Origin: a virus
Strand: one strand, 5' to 3'
DNA: 64,000 nt
IMG/VR virus record: IMGVR_UViG_3300020183_000040
Location: 1 to 64,000 of that record
A program made the translations under genes and the position numbers. The notes beneath the pieces were generated by a model. The model saw only the letters and a program-made list of their open reading frames with translations, searched no databases and was not told the origin of the DNA. How positions within the stretch are numbered: the stretch's first letter is position 1; every line of letters begins with the position of its first letter. Positions 1-7,395 of the stretch are shown here, in pieces.

Positions 1-147
1 TTCCTTGCGTTCATTGCTATACTTGGTTGGAACGCATTTCTCATTCAACGTGATGACAAACTGTTCAAGGCATACTATCACGAAACTGCCAAAGAGCAGT
101 ATTGTGCATCTCTCAAAGTATGGCACCCTGATTGTAAAATTGAGTGA
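1..147 (+). CDS. 3' part of small hypothetical protein (FLAFIAILGWNAFLIQRDDKLFKAYY...CKIE*), truncated by window start
   Basis: Frame 1 is open from position 1 to TGA at 145-147; hydrophobic N-terminal part; not in the ORF track. Confidence 0.6.
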   Translation, partial: FLAFIAILGWNAFLIQRDDKLFKAYYHETAKEQYCASLKVWHPDCKIE

Positions 148-153
148 TGCCGT

Positions 154-212
154 GTGCCAGTCCACAAACTGTCACAACCCCTCTTGATTTCCGCGCCATT
201 CCGTGCCATACT
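154..212 (+). promoter_or_regulatory. Early promoter unit copy 1: imperfect palindrome GTGCCAGT-N6-ACTGTCAC, -35 TTGATT (184-189), -10 CATACT (207-212)
   Basis: 17-nt spacer between hexamers; a closely similar unit is at 1728-1786. Confidence 0.8.
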
Positions 213-218
213 ATCAGT

Positions 219-626
219 ATGAAAAACAACAACACCACTTCCACTCTGTTCCAAACTGGCAACGACCTCTCTGAGGATCTCATTTCTGTCTTTCGTGCTC
301 TGAAGTCTGACACGTTCGATGTCTATCAGATGACTGAAGATCCTGATTGCACGATTGTTCACTCCTGCAAGCGTGGACCTTCCGAGTTGATTGAGTCTGA
401 CCCGATTCAAGGTAATACCTATCGCGCAGGTGTTGCTTACGATGTGTTCAACGTCTGGGTCACCATTCAGTCTGCTGTGCCTGGCAAGACGCCTGGTCTG
501 AAGAAGTGCATCGCTGAAGATGTTCGCTCCTTCGATGATGCTTGGCAAATTGCGTCTGAGTACATTCAGGACGTGCAATTCGACGAGAACTACATTCTCG
601 AAAACGACTACGATGACAACTTCTAA
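219..626 (+). CDS. Hypothetical early protein, 135 aa, acidic C-terminus; probably leaderless
   Basis: In-frame ATG at 219 of ORF 144..626 lies 7 nt after the -10 box; the upstream part of the ORF overlaps the promoter. Confidence 0.75.
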   Translation: MKNNNTTSTLFQTGNDLSEDLISVFRALKSDTFDVYQMTEDPDCTIVHSCKRGPSELIESDPIQGNTYRAGVAYDVFNVWVTIQSAVPGKTPGLKKCIAEDVRSFDDAWQIASEYIQDVQFDENYILENDYDDNF

Positions 627-627
627 G

Positions 628-744
628 ATGAAAACACTTTCGATTGTTTTTCTCATTTTCTTTCTGCTATTTCCCTCTGTACGGTATAGCACTGGTTCAC
701 TGATTTCATCGTTTGGTTCACTCATTCAATCCACTGCTGACTGA
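628..744 (+). CDS. Small hydrophobic/membrane hypothetical protein (MKTLSIVFLIFFLLFPSVR...)
   Basis: ATG at 628, just after the previous stop; in frame with ORF 520..744. Confidence 0.6.
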   Translation: MKTLSIVFLIFFLLFPSVRYSTGSLISSFGSLIQSTAD

Positions 745-751
745 TTCTCTC

Positions 752-919
752 ATGACACGCGAACAACGTCAAAAAAACTACTATCGCCAACAATCTCACT
801 GGATTCGTGATAGTTTCACTTACATCAAAGATTCTCGCTGTATCGAAGAATCTTTCACTCCTGATGAATACTTAGACTATCTGGATCGCAAACTCTATCG
901 CCAATCAAATCACGCCTAA
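752..919 (+). CDS. Hypothetical protein (MTREQRQKNYY...)
   Basis: In-frame ATG at 752; tight packing with neighbours. Confidence 0.6.
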   Translation: MTREQRQKNYYRQQSHWIRDSFTYIKDSRCIEESFTPDEYLDYLDRKLYRQSNHA

Positions 920-920
920 A

Positions 921-1220
921 ATGTCCCTAGAACGCCCCGCAATCACCTCTCTACCACATACACCACCTGCGGGGTATTTCTATACCATTGGAGACCATTC
1001 ACCGAGGTTCTGGAGAGTTGATCTCGTGCATCCTCCAATATACTCTTACACAGATAAAGTTGTTTTCACTATCTGGGGTTTTCTATCCAAAAAAACATTA
1101 CAAATCCATGCTCCTGTAAATAGTAAAACACCAGGCAAAATCATCCCTTCCGAACTTACAACTCCATGGTCAGCAATGTTCCCCCCAAAAGTGTCACCTC
1201 TGGTCAAATTGTTTTCATAG
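921..1220 (+). CDS. Hypothetical cyanophage-type protein, 99 aa
   Basis: ORF track; tight packing; contains TIWGF...IHAPVNSKTPGK. Confidence 0.7.
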   Translation: MSLERPAITSLPHTPPAGYFYTIGDHSPRFWRVDLVHPPIYSYTDKVVFTIWGFLSKKTLQIHAPVNSKTPGKIIPSELTTPWSAMFPPKVSPLVKLFS

Positions 1221-1369
1221 TTGGTGATCACGTTGTGTGGAGACATATTGATGGTCATGTCTATTTTGTCGATGATGATTACATAACTATTTGTGTCAAA
1301 GGTTCTCAGTGTTGTGTACTTTGCTATCGTGAGAATTGGAAAGAGGTTGTCCATCAGGAACGCAAATAA
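1166..1369 (+). CDS. Hypothetical protein (GHVYFVDDDYITICV...CCVLCY); start uncertain
   Basis: ORF track; fills the gap between neighbours. Confidence 0.5.
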   Translation: MVSNVPPKSVTSGQIVFIVGDHVVWRHIDGHVYFVDDDYITICVKGSQCCVLCYRENWKEVVHQERK

Positions 1370-1370
1370 G

Positions 1371-1529
1371 ATGAACTCTAAAACTACTCTTCAAGAAGAA
1401 TTGTCCTACATTGCTATCACCTTCAGAGAGACAGTTAGTATAGTTTTCCACAGGTTTTTCCACAGGGTAGATGATAGATTGTGGAAAACGCGGTATTATT
1501 TCGAAATGTTGAAAAAAATGTGGTTGTGA
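1371..1529 (+). CDS. Possible small hypothetical protein overlapping the DnaA-box-like motifs
   Basis: ATG at 1371, right after the previous stop; the C-terminal half may be non-coding. Confidence 0.4.
   Translation: MNSKTTLQEELSYIAITFRETVSIVFHRFFHRVDDRLWKTRYYFEMLKKMWL
1444..1488. promoter_or_regulatory. Three TTTTCCACA motifs (1444-1452 +, 1456-1464 +, 1480-1488 -), DnaA-box-like
   Basis: Exact 9-mers seen; TTTTCCACA is the DnaA-box variant typical of cyanobacterial oriC. Confidence 0.6.
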
Positions 1530-1662
1530 GAGAATGATCGAGGAAATGTGCGAGTGAATAGCAACCTTAGCACGTTCGTCATCGATTTGTCAATCCCCCA
1601 CAGATTAGCACTCCGAATACCTCACAAACCCATCAGAAATGCTCATGAATCGCATCATCCAC

Positions 1663-1691
1663 TTGACAAACATTCAGAGGTCCTCTATACT
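1663..1691 (+). promoter_or_regulatory. Sigma70-type promoter TTGACA-N17-TATACT
   Basis: Near-perfect consensus in a non-coding stretch. Confidence 0.8.
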
Positions 1692-1727
1692 AACACTGTA
1701 AGGGTTCAGAAATACCTAACCCTCGAT

Positions 1728-1786
1728 GTGCCAGTCAGACAAGTGTCACAACCCCTCTTGATTTCCCTCTGAATCCCTGCCATACT
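1728..1786 (+). promoter_or_regulatory. Early promoter unit copy 2: GTGCCAGT-N6-AGTGTCAC, TTGATT (1758-1763), N17, CATACT (1781-1786)
   Basis: Repeat of 154-212, including the shared TGTCACAACCCCTCTTGATTTCC. Confidence 0.8.
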
Positions 1787-1814
1787 ACAAGAGTCAACCA
1801 AACAACCCCCTCTC

Positions 1815-2129
1815 ATGCGTAAGATCGAACGACTGATGAATGATGCTATCACTGCTGGCAAAGATTTCAAGTCTGGCAACACTCAAGTTGTGACGATTGA
1901 GGACGTTTCGTTTGTCTATCTGCATGGCAATCACATCGCCTCTGTAGGTAACGACTTCCTGCAACTGTTCTCTGGTGGATGGCAATCTGTGACCACAAAG
2001 TCTCGTTTGAATGCTATTCTTGTCGCCCATGGTTTGCCTGGTGAGAAAATCTTCCAGAAAAACTTCCAGTGGTTTGTTTCACAGCGAGGCGGTCCTATTC
2101 CTTTCTTCTCAGGTATGCGTCTCGCCTGA
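1815..2129 (+). CDS. Conserved-looking cyanophage early hypothetical protein, 104 aa (MRKIE...VYLHGNHIA...GGWQSVTTKSRLNA)
   Basis: ORF track; downstream of a promoter unit. Confidence 0.8.
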   Translation: MRKIERLMNDAITAGKDFKSGNTQVVTIEDVSFVYLHGNHIASVGNDFLQLFSGGWQSVTTKSRLNAILVAHGLPGEKIFQKNFQWFVSQRGGPIPFFSGMRLA

Positions 2130-2132
2130 TAG

Positions 2133-2150
2133 TTTTCCACAATTTCCACA
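2133..2150 (+). promoter_or_regulatory. Tandem DnaA-box-like motifs TTTTCCACA and ATTTCCACA
   Basis: Seen directly in intergenic DNA. Confidence 0.55.
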
Positions 2151-2182
2151 ACTCACTCACACACACATTCACTATCACTACT

Positions 2183-2359
2183 ATGCTGAATCTGAACACC
2201 CCACGTACACTCACCCAGTTGCGTTATGCCAAAGACGGTAATGCTCTGCTACGTGTACTTTCACAGTTCGATGTCACTGAAACTCCCTCACAAAAACTCC
2301 CCTCACCTGGGAAAATCCTTGTGGGTTATGGACAGGACTTGACAGAAGTTGTTTTTTGA
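2183..2359 (+). CDS. Hypothetical protein (MLNLNTPRTLTQLRYAKDG...)
   Basis: In-frame ATG at 2183 of ORF 2069..2359. Confidence 0.55.
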   Translation: MLNLNTPRTLTQLRYAKDGNALLRVLSQFDVTETPSQKLPSPGKILVGYGQDLTEVVF

Positions 2360-2367
2360 AGTATACT
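2339..2367 (+). promoter_or_regulatory. Sigma70-type promoter TTGACA-N17-TATACT
   Basis: Consensus hexamers with 17-nt spacer, followed by AAC as at 1663-1694. Confidence 0.8.
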
Positions 2368-2378
2368 AACTACTACCA

Positions 2379-2522
2379 ATGATTTACACTATGAAAATCG
2401 AAGATGATTACAAACAGTACGAAGATCGTGTCGAGGAAGATGAGTGGATCTCTACCATCTTAGGCGCTCCCGATGATGTACTGGATGACCTGCGAGAGGT
2501 ATACATGGACGAGTATGTGTGA
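2379..2522 (+). CDS. Small, highly acidic protein, 47 aa (MIYTMKIEDDYKQYEDRVEEDEWISTILGAPDDVLDDLREVYMDEYV)
   Basis: Translated by hand (below the track cut-off); has its own promoter immediately upstream. Confidence 0.65.
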   Translation: MIYTMKIEDDYKQYEDRVEEDEWISTILGAPDDVLDDLREVYMDEYV

Positions 2523-2699
2523 CCTCTGAGTATACCTAACTAGCGCCAAAACCCAGTGGTGGCGGGCGTTTTCGGGGTCGGGGGCGGCCGTATATAAAGA
2601 AAAGGGTCCTATCTAATCTATAAAAGTATCCAATCGACAGTGTGGTACTTGCCTATATAAAAAAAATCTCCCAGAAAAAATCGCCCCGTAGAGGTTTTC

Positions 2700-2906
2700 A
2701 TGGTCAGTCCTTTATACACTCAAGAACTAAGAACCCGCATCTTAGAAACTCTCATTCAGTACGAAGGATTGCTTGACACTCGGATGTATGGATGTGCAGA
2801 TTATCTCGCAACTGCTGGATTGGTATCTGACACTTCTCATATGATCCAAGGGTGGAATACTTGGAAGACTGAGCACACATCAGATGGATACCACGTCAAG
2901 CTGTAA
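2700..2906 (+). CDS. Hypothetical protein, 68 aa
   Basis: ORF track; GAGG upstream. Confidence 0.6.
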   Translation: MVSPLYTQELRTRILETLIQYEGLLDTRMYGCADYLATAGLVSDTSHMIQGWNTWKTEHTSDGYHVKL

Positions 2907-2910
2907 AGAT

Positions 2911-3069
2911 ATGAAAAGATTTACCGTTAGCCTTCAAGAAGATGAATATGGAGATCTCATTCTACCAATTCCAGAAGAAGTTATCGATGACCTCGGATGG
3001 GAACTTGGGGATGAACTTCAATACATTGTAGATGGTGATACATTTCTTCTGAAAAAATATGAAGAATAA
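2911..3069 (+). CDS. AbrB/MazE/SpoVT-like small DNA-binding protein
   Basis: GDLILPIPEEVIDDLGWELGDELQY fits the swapped-hairpin pattern; in-frame ATG at 2911. Confidence 0.65.
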   Translation: MKRFTVSLQEDEYGDLILPIPEEVIDDLGWELGDELQYIVDGDTFLLKKYEE

Positions 3070-3102
3070 TTCAAATAACCTCTCCAGCGCGAATTCCAGA
3101 TT

Positions 3103-3390
3103 ATGACTAACCCTGACGACAACCCTAACACGAAACTGAGAGCACTACTGCGATATACTTCTAACAACGAAAATGAGTATGCCCACCGCGTTTCCTCTGA
3201 AGCAATACAAGCAATTATCAAAAGAGTGGTCGAGTTGGAAGAGAAAGTCAATGCGTTATCAAAGTGGTTAGATACGATTCATATTGCCCTTGTCTATAAG
3301 CCAGAGGGTGCAGAGAAGCATCTAAATATGGTAGAGAATTATAATGAAATTTATAGTCGTCTACGGAAATTAGAACATGAGCGGTTGTAA
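3103..3390 (+). CDS. Hypothetical coiled-coil protein, 95 aa
   Basis: ORF track; overlaps the next start. Confidence 0.65.
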   Translation: MTNPDDNPNTKLRALLRYTSNNENEYAHRVSSEAIQAIIKRVVELEEKVNALSKWLDTIHIALVYKPEGAEKHLNMVENYNEIYSRLRKLEHERL

Positions 3391-6300
3391 TACTGATGGG
3401 TCTCCGAAAGAGCAACAAGGATTCGGGCTTCCTACATTCAATAATAGTCATTGTGGCAACTGGATGCCAGATAGTGGTAAAGGAGTCAAGGTCACATCAT
3501 GGCATTATCCAGCACGTAATACCGACTTACATTGGCCTGGCGTAGAACGTGATCGAATCATGTACGGATCGGTCATCATGTCGATTGGTGGTCCCACCAC
3601 TGGGGGGAACCAAGCTTCGCTACCTCTTTCGACGTGTGGTAAAGAAAAAAGACTTGAAGGAAGCCAGTCGTCGGGCTTCGGCCGATCCAGCAGCAACACC
3701 CAAACCACTACAATGTATCGTGTATGGAATACAGTTCCTGCAAAACTTTCTTTTTTCCCGATTGATAGTGATCAGTGGTTTGCATATTTGTATGATACCT
3801 CAACTTATTTTGTTGCTGACAGTGCTTGCACCAAACATCTGACATATCAAATTCGAACAACATCGCAAGGCACTGGTACTGGCACTGGTACTGGTACTGG
3901 TACTGGCGGCGGTGGTGGTCTTGGGGGTGGCGGCCAGCAGCAGGTAGCATTTAGTACAAGGACTGAATGTGTACATTGTGGAGGGTCCGTCACTCCAACA
4001 TCCACCAGCATATCGTATACTACTCCAGACGGTGATCTTACTGGAATTCCTGAGCGTCCATTCCCAACGATCTATACTGCTAGCAGTGCAGTCAAAAGAA
4101 TTGCATTCAAATATAATAATGCAACAACTCAACTTACAAATAGTGTAACATCATTATCATTGCAAGTAGGTTCCACAACAACACCTGCCTGGGCAGAGAA
4201 CGCTGGCGTAAATACCTCTACATCAACCGTCAATAATTGGAGACAAAATGAATATGATGTTGATGTCTTCAAAGAATTTGGATCTCCGTCTTTTGCCAAT
4301 AAAGGTCTGATTATAACAGTAAGATTTACTCCAATTATTTTATCCCAAGTCAATGGAGTTTATACATTTGGTGGAACGACAATATCAATCGTTGGAGTTT
4401 CATCTGGTGGATCTGGATACGCAGTCAATAATAGTTTCAATTTATCTTATACTCATACTCACACCAACAATACTACGAGTGTAATCAATTTTACTGTGGT
4501 TATCACTGCTGTCGGAAGTGTTTCTGTGAGTTCTGGTACTGGAGCAACTAAAATTTCTAAAGGTGAATCTCTAAATGGATGGACAGTTGCTAAAGTTATG
4601 CACACTGACATCAAGAATTTTCCTTGGCATGTTCTAGAACTGTCTGGAAATGGTAGTAATTTTACAAAAGACACCAACTACACCACAAGTGGAGGAAAAA
4701 GTATCAATGTTTGTGCTGGAAAAGGTATTCCAGACCGTGCAATGATCGTAGGAATGTACGAATTCAGGCAAAAAGAGATACAATTTGAAATTCTAAATCT
4801 CAAAAAGGATGTTCCACACGCATTTGACGATATAAAACAACCAGAAGTTACAGTTACAGTGACCAATGGTGTTGTTACTGGTGCTACAATTGTAAGTGGA
4901 GGTAGTGGATTTGATAAATTGCCGTATCCTGCAACGATCGTTATTGGAATTCCACCAACAACCACGGGAAAACAAGCAGAAGTTGAAGGAAAATTCACTA
5001 ATGGAGTGCTTACTTCAGTAAAAATTATCAATGGCGGCAGTGGATATTCGACATCAGCACCGCCAGGGATAAAAGTTCCGTATATGTTCAAGAATAGAAC
5101 GGATACTGTGTTCGAAGGACTCGATCCAAACACGGTATCTGCGTTCAAAGACAAGGTTGCTTCCTATCAAGGTGAACTTGGTAAGTTTACTGGCGTAAAA
5201 AAGACACCAAAACCATCACAAAACACAAGTTTTCCTGATGTTGAGCAATTTGGACCAGAAAATAAGACATATAATAAAATGCCAGATCACTTTTTGCTCA
5301 AATTTTCACGTTCAAAGACTTATACAGACCCAAAAAGTGGACAAACTGTCAAAAAAACATCTGATGAATGGGGAGAAAAGGTATTTGTTACTATTGAAGA
5401 TGCTAAACTGAAGGCAGATGAACTCAAATCTGAGGGTTATGAAGTCTCTATTGAGAAAAAAGTAGGAGTTAGCTTCACAACTTATGCAAAAGAGGCAGAA
5501 AAAGAGTATGAGAAGTATGCAAAAGAGACAACAAGCGCAGGAAAAAACGCTGGTTTGACTGCACCTGCAACAACTGAAGAAGAATATAAGGCAATTCTTG
5601 GTGCTGGATCACAACCAGTCCAAAATATTACTCCTCTAAGCATTGTTGAAGACTTCGACTACGATTCAAAAACAAAAGTTACCTATACTCTTGCCCAAGA
5701 TAAATTTGATAAGGCAGATATTGACAAATTACCCATCCAACCACCAGTAAAAAGTGATCAATACTATACAAACCTTGATAAAACGTTAGGAAAGGTGGCA
5801 GCACCCACTCAAACTGGCAAAGTAAATAAGGATTTATACTCAGATGAACCAACTAGCGTCATAAAAAAAGAAACATCTACCGAAATTAGTACTATTACTA
5901 AGGCTGGCACACAACTGAGTTACACTAAACAGTTTGGTGCTGACTATGATACTAAAGATAAAAATTTCGATCAAATGATCGATGACATTACATACAAACC
6001 AGATCAGCATAAGTACACAAATCCTTATGATCTTCCAAAAGTTATTACGGTCAAAGCTTCATTTTCAAAATTACCTTGTGCAAGTCGTTATAGAAAATAT
6101 TTTATTATTCAATATGTTCCTGATAAAAGAGAAAATAGTTACATAACAGTAAATTTAGCTGTAACTTCAGCAAATACAAACAACTGTAACAATGTTTGCT
6201 CACCATGCCCAATTATTCCTAACCCTCCTAGTTTTGGGGCAGGAACTAATCAGACTCAGGGCACAGGTGCTAACGCCACCACCTTCAATACCGCTGAAAC

Positions 6301-6451
6301 ACTAATCGGATGTTCAATCCAAGCTCTGGGTCCAACTACTTTTAGTGTCTCTGGCACAATAGATATATATAATAACCTCACAGCAACTACACAGGTCTTT
6401 GCTTCTGCAGTTTCTGCTTGGGGTAACCCATTTGAGTCGGAGTGTCCATAA
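3377..6451 (+). CDS. Virion structural protein, 1024 aa, with GGSGY-type beta repeats and Cys-containing termini
   Basis: VTNGVVTGATIVSGGSGF and VKIINGGSGYSTSAPP repeats are shared with the baseplate proteins; lies before PAAR and gp25. Confidence 0.7.
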   Translation: MSGCNTDGSPKEQQGFGLPTFNNSHCGNWMPDSGKGVKVTSWHYPARNTDLHWPGVERDRIMYGSVIMSIGGPTTGGNQASLPLSTCGKEKRLEGSQSSGFGRSSSNTQTTTMYRVWNTVPAKLSFFPIDSDQWFAYLYDTSTYFVADSACTKHLTYQIRTTSQGTGTGTGTGTGTGGGGGLGGGGQQQVAFSTRTECVHCGGSVTPTSTSISYTTPDGDLTGIPERPFPTIYTASSAVKRIAFKYNNATTQLTNSVTSLSLQVGSTTTPAWAENAGVNTSTSTVNNWRQNEYDVDVFKEFGSPSFANKGLIITVRFTPIILSQVNGVYTFGGTTISIVGVSSGGSGYAVNNSFNLSYTHTHTNNTTSVINFTVVITAVGSVSVSSGTGATKISKGESLNGWTVAKVMHTDIKNFPWHVLELSGNGSNFTKDTNYTTSGGKSINVCAGKGIPDRAMIVGMYEFRQKEIQFEILNLKKDVPHAFDDIKQPEVTVTVTNGVVTGATIVSGGSGFDKLPYPATIVIGIPPTTTGKQAEVEGKFTNGVLTSVKIINGGSGYSTSAPPGIKVPYMFKNRTDTVFEGLDPNTVSAFKDKVASYQGELGKFTGVKKTPKPSQNTSFPDVEQFGPENKTYNKMPDHFLLKFSRSKTYTDPKSGQTVKKTSDEWGEKVFVTIEDAKLKADELKSEGYEVSIEKKVGVSFTTYAKEAEKEYEKYAKETTSAGKNAGLTAPATTEEEYKAILGAGSQPVQNITPLSIVEDFDYDSKTKVTYTLAQDKFDKADIDKLPIQPPVKSDQYYTNLDKTLGKVAAPTQTGKVNKDLYSDEPTSVIKKETSTEISTITKAGTQLSYTKQFGADYDTKDKNFDQMIDDITYKPDQHKYTNPYDLPKVITVKASFSKLPCASRYRKYFIIQYVPDKRENSYITVNLAVTSANTNNCNNVCSPCPIIPNPPSFGAGTNQTQGTGANATTFNTAETLIGCSIQALGPTTFSVSGTIDIYNNLTATTQVFASAVSAWGNPFESECP
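3869..3918 (+). repeat. GGYACT hexamer run encoding a (GT)n and poly-Gly linker
   Basis: ggcactggtactggcactggtactggtactggtactggcggcggtggtgg. Confidence 0.8.
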
Positions 6452-6970
6452 ATGCCAGGTCCAGGTTGCGCCCTTTTCAAAGGAGTCTGTAGCGGTCACG
6501 GGAAGTGTGTTCCAGGTATCATTCATGCTACTATCCAATGTATCCCGAGTGGAGGCAGCTGTGCCACCGCACCAAAGAAAACTGTAGCAGCAATGGATGC
6601 TTATACTCAATGGCCACCTGCTCCCCTAGTACCGAAGACAGTTGGATTTTGTGTAACAGTAAAAGTTGAGAAATTGATTCCAATTGTAAATGGTGATATA
6701 CTACAAGAGCACAAGTCACCTTGTATGAACAAGATCATAACATCTCCTTGCCCAAAAGCACAGAATAGTCCAGTTCCAATCATGTGTAATGCGACAGTAT
6801 TTACATGTGCAGATGATGCAGGCGGAATTGGACACCAAAGAGTTGCAGTGGCAACTAGTAAAACAGTATTTTTTGAAAAAAAGAATGCATGTAGAATAGG
6901 AGATGGATTTGCTATCCCATGCAAGAGCAAAATTCCAACAGGAGCAAAAACAGTACTTATAGGTCCCTAA
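6452..6970 (+). CDS. PAAR-like baseplate spike-tip protein (T4 gp5.4-like), Cys-rich
   Basis: SGHG...WPPAP...GD...H...SKTVFF...ACRIGD...C...GAKTVLIG pattern; lies before gp25. Confidence 0.75.
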   Translation: MPGPGCALFKGVCSGHGKCVPGIIHATIQCIPSGGSCATAPKKTVAAMDAYTQWPPAPLVPKTVGFCVTVKVEKLIPIVNGDILQEHKSPCMNKIITSPCPKAQNSPVPIMCNATVFTCADDAGGIGHQRVAVATSKTVFFEKKNACRIGDGFAIPCKSKIPTGAKTVLIGP

Positions 6971-6973
6971 ATT

Positions 6974-7123
6974 ATGGCAGTAAAATCTAAAATTGGTCTA
7001 GTCAAAACAAATTACACTCCTGGTAAACCAAAGTGTACTCGTCAAGGAAGATCCCAAAATACAAATCTTGCGGCAACAGCTCGCAATGGACGTAAAAAAC
7101 GTTATAGGGGTCAAGGAAAATGA
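6974..7123 (+). CDS. Small basic protein, 49 aa (…RNGRKKRYRGQGK)
   Basis: Translated by hand; ATG 6974, TGA 7121-7123. Confidence 0.7.
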   Translation: MAVKSKIGLVKTNYTPGKPKCTRQGRSQNTNLAATARNGRKKRYRGQGK

Positions 7124-7132
7124 AAAAAAACC

Positions 7133-7140
7133 AATAAATA
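7133..7140 (+). promoter_or_regulatory. T4-type late promoter variant AATAAATA
   Basis: Intergenic, upstream of the gp25/gp6 unit. Confidence 0.55.
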
Positions 7141-7197
7141 TATTAGGGATAGCAACCCCTCTAAAAGTTCTGGAAACAGACACTTCTAGAAACTCTC

Positions 7198-7395
7198 ATG
7201 GCTATCTCTCCTATCCCTGATAATGTACCAACTATGATGGAACGTGATTTTGGCACAGTAGTGCTAATCACTGATCCAGTTTCTGACAAATATCTGGCAA
7301 GAATTCAAAAAAATGATCCACCAAAGGATCGTTATTCTCGTCATTGTGGTGGAAAAGGTGGTTTTGACGATTTTGTTGAACGCTGGCACGAATAA
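7198..7395 (+). CDS. Hypothetical protein, 65 aa
   Basis: ORF track; TAATG coupling to gp25. Confidence 0.65.
   Translation: MAISPIPDNVPTMMERDFGTVVLITDPVSDKYLARIQKNDPPKDRYSRHCGGKGGFDDFVERWHE

Noticed and set aside
78-725. 215-aa minus-strand ORF and the many other minus-strand ORFs in the track
   Set aside because: They are antisense shadows of well-supported + strand genes and have no recognisable motifs. TTAA avoidance and codon bias reduce antisense stops.
154-1786. The two 59-bp repeats as ends of a mobile element
   Set aside because: They are direct repeats with promoter geometry, and there is no transposase or integrase.
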